From contig JBEKDI010000058.1 in the NCBI GenBank assembly GCA_050014435.1, forward strand, positions 134-64,133: a stretch of DNA of 64,000 nt, written 5' to 3'. Below, piece after piece: positions 1 through 7,803 of this stretch. This DNA comes from Verrucomicrobiota bacterium. Its GTDB lineage: Bacteria > Verrucomicrobiota > Verrucomicrobiia > Limisphaerales > Palsa-1400. Below the pieces are notes generated by a model, which ran no database searches, was not told the DNA's origin, and saw nothing but the letters and a program-made list of their open reading frames with translations. Position 1 is the first letter of the stretch; the number at the start of each line of letters is the position of its first letter. A program made the position numbers and the translations under genes.

Positions 1-2
1 TC

Positions 3-320
3 GAGCTGGGGGATTTCAACCCGGCCAAGATCCACATGATCGTGCCGCCGACATTTCGACGCAACAGTTCGCCGCCCAAAGCGGTGGTGCTGCACCGGGC
101 CGGACTCGCGCCCGGCGAACTGACCCACCTGCGTGGTCTGACGGTATGCCGCCCGCTTCGTGCGCTGTGTGACCTGGCCAACGCCAATCCGGATTCCGTC
201 GGCGATCTCCGGCCTGTTGCGGTCGAGGCGCGACGACGTGGTCTGATAACCCAGCACGAGCTTTCCGCCATGAAACGACATGAAAACTTGCGGAAACTCG
301 TGACCGATTTACTCCCATGA
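3..320 (+). CDS. AbiEi-family antitoxin (type IV TA), C-terminal part; 5' end lies outside the window
   Basis: The frame is open from the window edge (ELGDFNPAKIHMIVPPTFRR...). The C-terminal region resembles AbiEi antitoxins. Its stop overlaps the next start (ATGA at 317-320). Confidence 0.6.
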   Translation, partial: ELGDFNPAKIHMIVPPTFRRNSSPPKAVVLHRAGLAPGELTHLRGLTVCRPLRALCDLANANPDSVGDLRPVAVEARRRGLITQHELSAMKRHENLRKLVTDLLP

Positions 321-1174
321 AGCGTTACGAAACTCCCCAAGCGTTGCGCCGTGCGCTGGAAGACCGACTGCTGGCCCAAGTGCGGCGAGAGGGCGGAGAC
401 ATTCAACGCTTGCGCCGTCAAACGGCCTTCGACCGTCTGCTCTGCCGCCTTTTTCACGAAACAAGCGCTCCGTGGTTGCTCAAGGGCGGGTATGCAATGG
501 AGCTTCGTATCCGGGCTGCGCGGACCACGCGGGACATTGACTTGGCCATCCGCCAGTTGCCCGGCGGGGCGAGGCAGTGGGATGAGGCCGCCGTTCGGAG
601 CTTGCTGGAATTTGCGGCACGCATTGAACTCGAAGACGGTTTTGAATTCACTATCGGTGAGCCAACGCTGGATTTGGACGCGGCGCCTTATGGCGGGTCA
701 CGCTATCCGGTCGATGCGCAGATGGCAGGACGGCGCTTCGCCAGCTTCCATCTGGACGTGAGCGCAGGCGACGTTCTGCGCGAGCCATTCGAGATTCTGG
801 AAGGCCATGATTGGCTGGGGTTCGCGGGAATCGCCAAAGCCAGGTTGCCCGCCATCTCGCGGGAGGAACAATTCGCGGAAAAGCTGCACGCTTACACGCT
901 CCCTCGGGAAGGCCGGACGAATACGCGAGTGAAGGATTTGGTGGATATGGTCTTGCTGGTTGATTCAGGCACTCTCGATTCAATCCGGCTCATCGAGAGT
1001 ATCAAAGGAACCTTTCGCCGTCGCGCCAATCACGAAGTGCCGGGTTCGCTGCCTCCGCCCCCGCCAACGTGGGAGGAGCGTTTTGGTGAACTGGCCTCGG
1101 AGTGCGGCTTAAATGGAACTCTGCTTGAGCAGTACCGTCGCCTTGATGCCTTCCTCGCTGGAATTCAAAAATAG
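317..1174 (+). CDS. AbiEii/AbiGii-family nucleotidyltransferase toxin (DUF1814)
   Basis: 285 aa. The N-terminus (RRALEDRL...QRLRRQTAFDRLLCRL...WLLKGGYAMELR...RTTRDIDLA) is typical of AbiEii. It is translationally coupled to the upstream antitoxin-like ORF. Confidence 0.85.
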   Translation: MKRYETPQALRRALEDRLLAQVRREGGDIQRLRRQTAFDRLLCRLFHETSAPWLLKGGYAMELRIRAARTTRDIDLAIRQLPGGARQWDEAAVRSLLEFAARIELEDGFEFTIGEPTLDLDAAPYGGSRYPVDAQMAGRRFASFHLDVSAGDVLREPFEILEGHDWLGFAGIAKARLPAISREEQFAEKLHAYTLPREGRTNTRVKDLVDMVLLVDSGTLDSIRLIESIKGTFRRRANHEVPGSLPPPPPTWEERFGELASECGLNGTLLEQYRRLDAFLAGIQK

Positions 1175-1502
1175 TTCAATCCGTTCGGCTAGCTTCGCTC
1201 CATGATGAGAAAGCGACAGGAGCAGGAGTATGGATGGACGAGAATTTAGATTCTACGATAACCATGAGTTCTTTCACGCGACCTGTTCGGTCGAATCGCG
1301 CCATCAAAACCCGGTTCAAGGCCTGTGCATGAATTGATAACGATCGGGTTCGAAAGGCATTTTTCGGGTTCCTTGCCACGGTTGAGATACCGGCTTAACC
1401 GCAGCCATCGTCGAGGAGGAGCGGACCGAGTTGGAGCACCACCTGCCAGCCTATTTAGACAAACGCCATGTGGTCACCCGGAGGCGCAATACCGGGGTTT
1501 TC

Positions 1503-1632
1503 ATGCAAGTTCTAGTCCTTAAATTCATAAAGGATTATACATTAGATACTTACGAAATTGGTTGCCTTGAGTTACACCACAAAGTTACAACATTTGGCCT
1601 GATTTCAACGTGGTTTTTCGTGGTGATCAATC
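1503..1632. repeat. Copy 1 of a dispersed imperfect repeat (partner at 63058-63199)
   Basis: It shares the exact 16-mer ATGCAAGTTCTAGTCC (1503-1518 and 63184-63199). It also shares a ~90-nt imperfect block, ATTAGATA...GTTACA-N6/7-GTTACAACAT...TCAA(A)CGTG(T)GGT (1541-1632 and 63058-63150). The two modules occur in opposite order in the two copies. Confidence 0.6.
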
Positions 1633-1715
1633 CCCGAAAAGAGCGTGGATTTGCCGGTGCCGGGCGGGCCAATCATCAGCATGTCGTCATTCCCAGATTG
1701 CGGCACATACGAATA
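1615..1715 (-). pseudogene. P-loop ATPase remnant (Walker A only)
   Basis: The minus-strand translation gives ...SGNDDMLMIGPPGTGKSTLFSG.. bounded by stop codons. There is no start codon and no remaining part of the gene. Confidence 0.3.
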
Positions 1716-1860
1716 TTATTTGGTTCGTAGGGCTACCAGGCGAGATCACTGTTTGATGAATGCCGCAACGCCAGATGAACAACGGTTCAGGCAGGCCGCT
1801 TGAGTCCCATCTTTTGCATTCGTGTAACCAAGGTGGTCGGCTTACGGTGTCCATCAAGGG

Positions 1861-2157
1861 TTAAATGGAAACATTCCTCGCGAAGTGGCGGAGGCCCAAG
1901 CACCAGCGCAGCCAGTGAGTTTCCAAAACTGGCAGTCCCATTGCAACGGGCTTTTCGAACTGCCAATCGCCGCGTGAGCAGGTGTTGCCATCCACACCAT
2001 ACAAAACTGAATCCTCCGCTACCGCCCGACTCCGCGCCGCTTCCCAGCCCATCTTGCCTCCCCAGTGTTCATACTGAAAGCCAGGCTCCGCCTGCACAAA
2101 CAACTGAACGTCGTCCCCCCCAAAGAAAGCTAACCATACGCGCTCGCTCTTCGTCAA
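1861..2157 (-). pseudogene. Short VOC/bleomycin-resistance-like remnant or short ORF
   Basis: A TTG start overlaps the TGA of the upstream gene (TTGA at 2154-2157). The frame has coding-like third-position GC. WLAFFGGDDVQLFVQAEPG and EHWGGKMG resemble glyoxalase/Ble-fold motifs, but the N-terminal module and internal segments are missing. Confidence 0.3.
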
Positions 2158-4097
2158 TTTGCCGCGTTGTCTGAAAACAACCGCACCAAAGTTTCCTGAA
2201 CGGCGGGGATATGCAGGTTTCCGAGGTGCCCGCCGACAGGATAAACGGTGAGATTGGTGCCGAAGGTGGACCGGAACCAAGCAACGTCGGCAGGAGTCAG
2301 CAGGAAATCATCCTCGCAGATTTGAACGCGGATTTTTGGATTATAGCGCAGGAACTCCGCGCTTTGTCCCAAATCGGTGGCGGCGATAAGGTCTTGGCGA
2401 TTCCTTACGCGGCCGCTCTTGGTCAGGTATGGAAGCACAAAGCGATCGGTGTATTCGCCGTAGTTGATCCGTCGTATCTCGCGGATGGAATCCTGACGGA
2501 CAAATCGGCCCGGCTTCACCTTCAAGACACCCAAGTTCTCCCGTCGCTGGCTATCGACAATGACGTTCATAAGCGTGTAACGGAACGCTACCCCAAGAAC
2601 AAAGTCCGACTCCGCGCGGGTCAACGGAATATTGCCTGAGATATCCAGGCCGTCGTCGGCAAAGTGGAGGGCCTTGTAAAGGGCGTCTTCCATCCGCTTC
2701 CACCGTTCTGCAGCCGGCCACGCCAGGGGAGCATTGAACATTTGGTCCAGACACTGTGCCGCACGGGCCAATTGCGGCGGGGGATTGACCGCGACGTAAC
2801 GATCGAACGTCAGGCCTCCGAGCTTGCCCGCAGCTTCCCGACCGGCGATCATCAAAGTGAAATAGCCGCCGTGGGAAACGCCGGTCAGGCAGGTACCAGT
2901 GATATTGTCGCCCTTCAATTGCCTCATATCAGCGAGGATCAATTTGAGCGCGTTCACCACGTCGTCGCAGTCCGCCGGGGCATAACCCGGAACCGCCATA
3001 GTGGAAGCAGACTCCATGAACTCCTTTTGAAATGGATTGGAGAAGGCCACCACGGAGTAGCCGTGGCGGTACATCAAGTCCGCATAAGCCACCGTGGAAC
3101 GGTCCAAACGATAAGCCCCCAGCCCAGGGATATAACATACCAGGGGAGCCGGCTTCTTCTGCATCCAGCAGGAGTAGGCCAGTTTCTTGCCCGTGGCTGG
3201 CACACGTACTTTGCGCGTGACGGCCGTGTCTGCAAAATCGGGGATGACTGGCTTAAACAGCACTGCGCCAAGGGTGGGATTGGGTTTGGAATCGCTGTCG
3301 GAAGTTGGCCGGTAGTCAGTGATCAGCCGCTGGCGGTTCAATGAATACAAGGTGCGAAAGGCCTGGTATGGGTCCACCAGGGAATCCAGTTGGCGCTTGT
3401 AATCCCGCGCCTCGCCGCTGACGTCATTGACCGTGATGCCGGGCCGAATGGTCATTGCCCAGACCTTATCTGGATACGCTAAAGTCAGGTCGGAACTTAT
3501 GTCCATCGGCCAGTCAACAATTTTGCCCAGAGCGTCGCGGCCATTGCATGGTCCGAGGACGGGAATAACGAGATAAAACCCAGGACCGCAACCATAATAC
3601 CCCAGGGTTTGGCCGAAATCCTCATCTGAGCGCCCGATTTTCCAATGAGTGGCTGGATCAAAAAAGCCACCCAACCCGACAGTCGAGTTGGCTCCAAAAC
3701 GTTTGGTTTCCTCCCACGCGCCATGCCACTTCCCTTGGAAACAACTGTTGAAGAACCTTACCGGGTAACTCAGGTTATGTCCGACATTGCTGATTTTGGT
3801 ACGAACCGCTTTTGGCGCCACAAAATTATAGCCAATACTTGCGGGATAAATCACTCCTCGGAACAGGCAATCGTTAAACGCCCAAGAGCATCGGTTGAAC
3901 CCTTCGATTGGGTCGGGCACGACGTCGAAATACGGCATCTGCCCGGGTTGCAATTTTTCTGCGTGGCCTTCGGGCGCCCTTGCCTGAGCAAGATTGGCTG
4001 GATTCATGGTGAAGAAAAACGCCAACGCGAAAATGCAAAAGCCGGACAAGAAATGTTTTAACCCAGGCCCGTTTGAGTAAAAGCGTTTTTTTGTCAT
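2154..4097 (-). CDS. MlaA/VacJ-domain protein fused to a C-terminal alpha/beta-hydrolase domain
   Basis: 647 aa with an N-terminal signal/TM segment (cleavage site near AQA). The VacJ signature is present (FNR..FN......NLSYPVRFFNSCFQGKW....RF..NSTVGLGGFFD....EDFGQTLG..G.GPGFYLVIPVLGP.NGRD). The C-terminal half carries a GVSHGG nucleophile elbow plus later DDF and GGHLG motifs, giving a putative Ser-Asp-His triad. Confidence 0.85.
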   Translation of the reverse strand: MTKKRFYSNGPGLKHFLSGFCIFALAFFFTMNPANLAQARAPEGHAEKLQPGQMPYFDVVPDPIEGFNRCSWAFNDCLFRGVIYPASIGYNFVAPKAVRTKISNVGHNLSYPVRFFNSCFQGKWHGAWEETKRFGANSTVGLGGFFDPATHWKIGRSDEDFGQTLGYYGCGPGFYLVIPVLGPCNGRDALGKIVDWPMDISSDLTLAYPDKVWAMTIRPGITVNDVSGEARDYKRQLDSLVDPYQAFRTLYSLNRQRLITDYRPTSDSDSKPNPTLGAVLFKPVIPDFADTAVTRKVRVPATGKKLAYSCWMQKKPAPLVCYIPGLGAYRLDRSTVAYADLMYRHGYSVVAFSNPFQKEFMESASTMAVPGYAPADCDDVVNALKLILADMRQLKGDNITGTCLTGVSHGGYFTLMIAGREAAGKLGGLTFDRYVAVNPPPQLARAAQCLDQMFNAPLAWPAAERWKRMEDALYKALHFADDGLDISGNIPLTRAESDFVLGVAFRYTLMNVIVDSQRRENLGVLKVKPGRFVRQDSIREIRRINYGEYTDRFVLPYLTKSGRVRNRQDLIAATDLGQSAEFLRYNPKIRVQICEDDFLLTPADVAWFRSTFGTNLTVYPVGGHLGNLHIPAVQETLVRLFSDNAAN

Positions 4098-4115
4098 ATA
4101 GATTTACTAGGAAAC

Positions 4116-4940
4116 TTAAAAGAACCAAGTGACACCTACCACCGCCTTGACACCGTTTAAGCCCTGGTTTGGGCTGCTCATGCCAGCGCAGGAAAGGTGC
4201 AGGTATCCGGTCTCGAAGGTAACAGCGACGTTATCATACAGGAACCAATGCACGCCTGTATTCGCCTGTAGATTAAACTCGAAGGTGCCACTAAGGTCTG
4301 GGTGCCCTATTCCGGTTGCCGTCACTCCGGCTCCTATATCGGCATAAGGAACCCAGCGAGTGCCGGTGGCAAAATTATAGCGCAAGTGGGGCGTCAGTCC
4401 AACCAGCCAATCGCGCTCCGGAGAGACTTGCGCGCCGCCGAACAATTCCCCGCGAAGTTCCCAATTGCCGCGGTACCAATGGCCCCGCCCCACCACGTTG
4501 CCCAACATGTGGCCGTAAGAGAGGCTGAGCAAAGTCAAATCGTGTTCCTGCCGGCCGCCGAATATGGCTAAGCCAGCCACCGCGCCCGACTGAAGGCTGA
4601 ACGTTTGGGCATCAGACCGAAAACCTTCGCCAACTTCCCCCTGCCAGATTGTTGTTGGTTGGCCAGCGAACGCTTCCTCGTCCCCAGCGACGACAAACCA
4701 CGGTCTCTCCACCTGCGAGATCCCTGTTGGTTGGGGAACGAATCCATCCTCGTCCCTGGAGATGGGTAACCACTGGCTGTCCATCTCCCAGATGTCCATT
4801 GTTCGAGGGGCTAATGCTTCGGGTTGTCCGCAAGCTGGCGCCAGCGCCAGTTCGGGTTCGGCGTCCTTTAATACCATTGCCAAAACAGTCCCGAGAACGA
4901 CTAGAGTAACATGATGTTTGCTTTGCGTTTTCATGACCAA
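4116..4940 (-). CDS. Outer-membrane acyloxyacyl hydrolase, PagL-like beta-barrel
   Basis: 274 aa with a signal peptide and alternating beta-strand pattern. The C-terminal region has an H-x-S motif (YLHLSCAG) and ends in aromatic residues (...GVTWFF), as in lipid A deacylase PagL-family proteins. Confidence 0.7.
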   Translation of the reverse strand: MVMKTQSKHHVTLVVLGTVLAMVLKDAEPELALAPACGQPEALAPRTMDIWEMDSQWLPISRDEDGFVPQPTGISQVERPWFVVAGDEEAFAGQPTTIWQGEVGEGFRSDAQTFSLQSGAVAGLAIFGGRQEHDLTLLSLSYGHMLGNVVGRGHWYRGNWELRGELFGGAQVSPERDWLVGLTPHLRYNFATGTRWVPYADIGAGVTATGIGHPDLSGTFEFNLQANTGVHWFLYDNVAVTFETGYLHLSCAGMSSPNQGLNGVKAVVGVTWFF

Positions 4941-4943
4941 TCC

Positions 4944-5741
4944 CTATTGGAAAGAGAGCCCAGACCAAGCGTTGGGCCTCATTCCGATTCCGGCCGCTGC
5001 CTTTGTGTCCAGCATCCAGCGTTTGATTCCATTCCGTGGCCTGACCTCTTGGATGGGGTACTTCAGACCATTGACTGGTTGACCCAAGACTTCGGCCACG
5101 AGCGAAGCCTTTCCAGAACCGGAGACGAAGAGGATGACCTCAGCCGCAGAGTTCAGCACGGGGAAGGTCATGGTAATGCGATCTTTCTTGAGTTCCTCCA
5201 CCCAGTTCGACACCACCCAGCGGGCGGTTTCATGCAAACCGGAGCTGTTGGGAAACAACGAGGCTGTATGACCGTCGTGCCCCATCCTGAGGAATGCCAG
5301 ATCGAAACGCGGGAAACCCTCATCCAGAAGCCCACGCGGTTCGAAAAACCCCCTCAAGTCCGCTTCGTACTCTTCCGCAGCCTGGCAAGCACTGGCAAGC
5401 TCACCGAGCACGCGATGAATGTGAAGGTGCTCGGTTCGCAGGTTCAGAAACATCGCCTCGCTGACCATGCGAAAGTTGCTATGGGGATGCCCGGGAGGAA
5501 CATGGCGTTCATCGCCGAAGAAGAAGTGGACCTTCGACCATGGTATTTCTGAACGGACGGTTTTGTCTGTTGCCATCAACTGGTAAAGCGCCCCGAGTGT
5601 CAAACCGCCGGAAAGGGCGACGGCGAAAACGCCACGCTCTTCGACTGCTTTTGACGCCAGGAACGCAAACCTGCGCGCCGCCGCCGCGGTGAGCGTCTGG
5701 ATGTCAGTGAACACATCCACCTCATCTTCCATCAGTTTCAT
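4944..5741 (-). CDS. pgl: 6-phosphogluconolactonase
   Basis: 265 aa. Motifs FAVALSGG and HFFFGDERHVPP.HP.SNF are typical of Pgl/DevB. A strong AGGAGG sits upstream of the ATG at 5741. Confidence 0.9.
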   Translation of the reverse strand: MKLMEDEVDVFTDIQTLTAAAARRFAFLASKAVEERGVFAVALSGGLTLGALYQLMATDKTVRSEIPWSKVHFFFGDERHVPPGHPHSNFRMVSEAMFLNLRTEHLHIHRVLGELASACQAAEEYEADLRGFFEPRGLLDEGFPRFDLAFLRMGHDGHTASLFPNSSGLHETARWVVSNWVEELKKDRITMTFPVLNSAAEVILFVSGSGKASLVAEVLGQPVNGLKYPIQEVRPRNGIKRWMLDTKAAAGIGMRPNAWSGLSFQ

Positions 5742-5838
5742 AACTTTCCCTCCTATGCGATACAGCGCCAGATAGCATGACTACGATCATGACCATGAGG
5801 GCGTCAAAGACGATCAGAGATAACAGGATATACTCCAT
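5722..5838 (-). CDS. Possible 38-aa single-TM peptide
   Basis: MEYILLSLIVFDALMVMIVVMLSGAVSHRRESYETDGR, with a purine-rich stretch upstream. It overlaps the pgl start by 20 nt. There is no homology evidence. Confidence 0.25.
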   Translation of the reverse strand: MEYILLSLIVFDALMVMIVVMLSGAVSHRRESYETDGR

Positions 5839-5920
5839 CTTCTTCCTTTCCGTTCCCGCCGCGTGATCCAACCGCTGGCGACGAGAGCAACTGCCAGAAT
5901 CAGAATTGTGGATCTCATTG

Positions 5921-6286
5921 TCATGGCTTTTCTCCGTCCACCAAAAAACGCAGGCTCCGCTCGTAGGCTGCGCGGTCCAGCTCATCGCCATTCATTGGCG
6001 GATGCAGAGTATCGAGATAATCGAGCGCGCACCGAGGGCAGCACAACACCACCGCGGGCTTCTCTGCACGAAGAATCCTGCAAAACGGGCGATCGTCCAC
6101 GATCTCTTTGTTACAGACGAAGCATTTCTGCGGCGCGGCATCCCCGCCCTGCACAGCGCCATTCCGTTGATTAGCGCAAGGTTCTTTCCGGGTCCGGCTC
6201 GCGCTGAACGCGCCCCGCTGAACTGTCAGCTGGCTCTCGATTTGGTTTCGAGGCGCAACGTTCTCCGACTCGCTCGATGAATTCAT
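5921..6286 (-). CDS. Hypothetical Cys-rich (zinc-ribbon-like) protein
   Basis: The ATG at 6286 is preceded by AAGGAG. It carries CFVC ... C ... CCPRC cysteine pairs. I recognised no family. Confidence 0.5.
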   Translation of the reverse strand: MNSSSESENVAPRNQIESQLTVQRGAFSASRTRKEPCANQRNGAVQGGDAAPQKCFVCNKEIVDDRPFCRILRAEKPAVVLCCPRCALDYLDTLHPPMNGDELDRAAYERSLRFLVDGEKP

Positions 6287-6303
6287 AATGGATCTCCTTG
6301 TGT

Positions 6304-6624
6304 TCAACTCACAGCTATCAGGGAGGCTTTGGGAAAACCGTCAACTTGCGCCGTTCCAGTTGCTCGCGGATCAAGTGTCGGCACGCCATCCACCATAAAC
6401 AGGTATGGGTGATGGCCATGCGTCAAGGGCACTTCGATGAACCACCATCCATCCTCCCGCTGCCGCATGCGGTGTGCATTGGGATGCCAATGGTTGAAAT
6501 CACCCATCAGGTTCACCGATTTGGCGCCGGGGTTTGCGTAATAAAAGCCCACCGGCTTGGCCATGTTCTTTGCCGAGTAAGGCGACCGAGCCGGCCGTTC
6601 CATTGGATTCAGAATTATGGTCAT
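6304..6624 (-). CDS. Stand-alone glycogen-binding CBM48/E-set (isoamylase N-terminal-like) domain protein
   Basis: The ATG at 6624 has a GGAG ribosome-binding site. VGFYYANPGAKSVNLMGDFNHW.....M.....G.W.IEVPL..G.H.Y.F.VDG resembles AMPK-beta/CBM48 domains. Confidence 0.75.
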   Translation of the reverse strand: MTIILNPMERPARSPYSAKNMAKPVGFYYANPGAKSVNLMGDFNHWHPNAHRMRQREDGWWFIEVPLTHGHHPYLFMVDGVPTLDPRATGTAQVDGFPKASLIAVS

Positions 6625-6640
6625 TTTGGATTCTCCTTTT

Positions 6641-6727
6641 TCATTGCTTTGCCAGCGCGAGCGGAGACGGCTGTTCCATGGTTTCCCATCCGCCGCCCAG
6701 GGACTTGTAAATAGAGATGAGATCGGC
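6641..6727 (-). pseudogene. C-terminal remnant of an RND outer-membrane factor (NodT-type)
   Basis: ...ADLISIYKSLGGGWETMEQPSP* matches the characteristic OMF C-terminus. Compare ...QLYKALGGGWS in the intact OMF at 57712-59217. Nothing upstream of it belongs to an OMF. Confidence 0.5.
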
Positions 6728-7051
6728 TCCAAGGTGAGGAACTTGGGTGGGATTTGCCTCAAGACCATGCCAAAGTTGCCCTTTTCCTTGAAGACGCTGA
6801 CACGAAACCGGGCCATCTCGCCGAAGGCAAACCCAAAAGTCCGCCCCGCCGTTTTCGCGCATCTGCTGGATGCAATCCTCAAAGGTGATGCTGCGCATCA
6901 GTTCTTGGCAGTCTTTTGCCTGCATGACCGCCCCCTCGATACGTTGGAGAACGCCGTGGGTCCGGATAACGGGAGGCACACCGACACGAGGGTGCAATTC
7001 GGACGCTTCTCCCGAAACCATCAACTGCGATAACTCAGACATGGCATACAT
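6728..7051 (-). pseudogene. pilT/pilU-type ATPase N-terminal remnant, frameshifted
   Basis: MSELSQLMVSGEASELHPRVGVPPVIRTHG... continues in another frame as DFGFAFGEMARFRVSVFKEKGNFGMVLRQIPPKFLTLE. The frame change falls at a 4-nt homopolymer (6835-6838). The Walker ATPase core is absent. Confidence 0.6.
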
Positions 7052-7062
7052 AGATCAGCCTT

Positions 7063-7782
7063 TCATATTTCATTTGGTATTGCGCAACGACATCCACGGC
7101 TGGCCGGGAGTTGGCTCGTGGAGTGGTGGTAGTCACCTAAGTTACGGAGCGCTTCGGCAACGGAGAGCCGGACCTTGCACGGCCAGTTTGTCCTGGCGAG
7201 TGGTATGCCGTCGGAATAACACAAGCAGTCCACCCCAACCTCCGAAGCCAGGTGGCTTAAATAGACTTCTGCGGAAGATAACCGCGGCACGATCATTCCG
7301 CCCGTTTCCAGCAAGGCCAGCAAAGAAACCCGATGGGTTGGCTTATGGAGCAACTGTTGTTTGATCCATTTAATCAGCGTCTGGGGCAGTTCCCGTCCAG
7401 ACAAAAGCGCGAAGAGTATGATGTCCGCCTTTGCGATGGCATCCGCCGCCACCTTGCGCATTTTGGGATGCCAAAAGGACTTAAGCCTCCACCAGGAGAC
7501 TGAAAAATTGAAGGAACGACCCAGTCGCCGCGTGAGTTCTTCCTGCATGAGCTGCGCTCGATTTCGGTTGAGGTCGTGCTCATAAACCGCAAAAATCCTT
7601 ATGACAGGCTTTTGCACTTGAGAGAAGCGCCCATGGCGAACTCTGGGCGGGTGAGCTTCTGGCATGGGCGTTTCGAACCGCAAACCCACCTTCCGGCCTC
7701 GATCCCCCCCAATTTTTAATGAATATCTTTGAAGAGACATAACAGCTTTTGATTGCTTTTGATTTGCTTCGTATGACGTCAT
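7063..7782 (-). CDS. Hypothetical protein with a flavodoxin/TIR-like alpha/beta pattern
   Basis: 239 aa. Residues ~60-170 alternate hydrophobic strands and helices (IRIFAVY..., FNFSVSWW, KADIILFALLS, LPQTLIKWIKQQL, VSLLALLE). The first 9 codons duplicate those of the ElaB-like gene. The true start is uncertain. Confidence 0.5.
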   Translation of the reverse strand: MTSYEANQKQSKAVMSLQRYSLKIGGDRGRKVGLRFETPMPEAHPPRVRHGRFSQVQKPVIRIFAVYEHDLNRNRAQLMQEELTRRLGRSFNFSVSWWRLKSFWHPKMRKVAADAIAKADIILFALLSGRELPQTLIKWIKQQLLHKPTHRVSLLALLETGGMIVPRLSSAEVYLSHLASEVGVDCLCYSDGIPLARTNWPCKVRLSVAEALRNLGDYHHSTSQLPASRGCRCAIPNEI

Positions 7783-7803
7783 ACGGTTCCTATGTTTGTT
7801 TTT

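Noticed and set aside
7063-7095. C-terminal similarity between the 239-aa protein (..GCRCAIPNEI) and the 65-aa ORF at 31042-31239 (..GYRYWGINE), as a possible shared sorting or RiPP-like motif.
   Set aside because: Only two instances exist, with a loose pattern (G-x-R-x...I.NE). One of the ORFs is itself doubtful, and no maturation or sorting genes are nearby.
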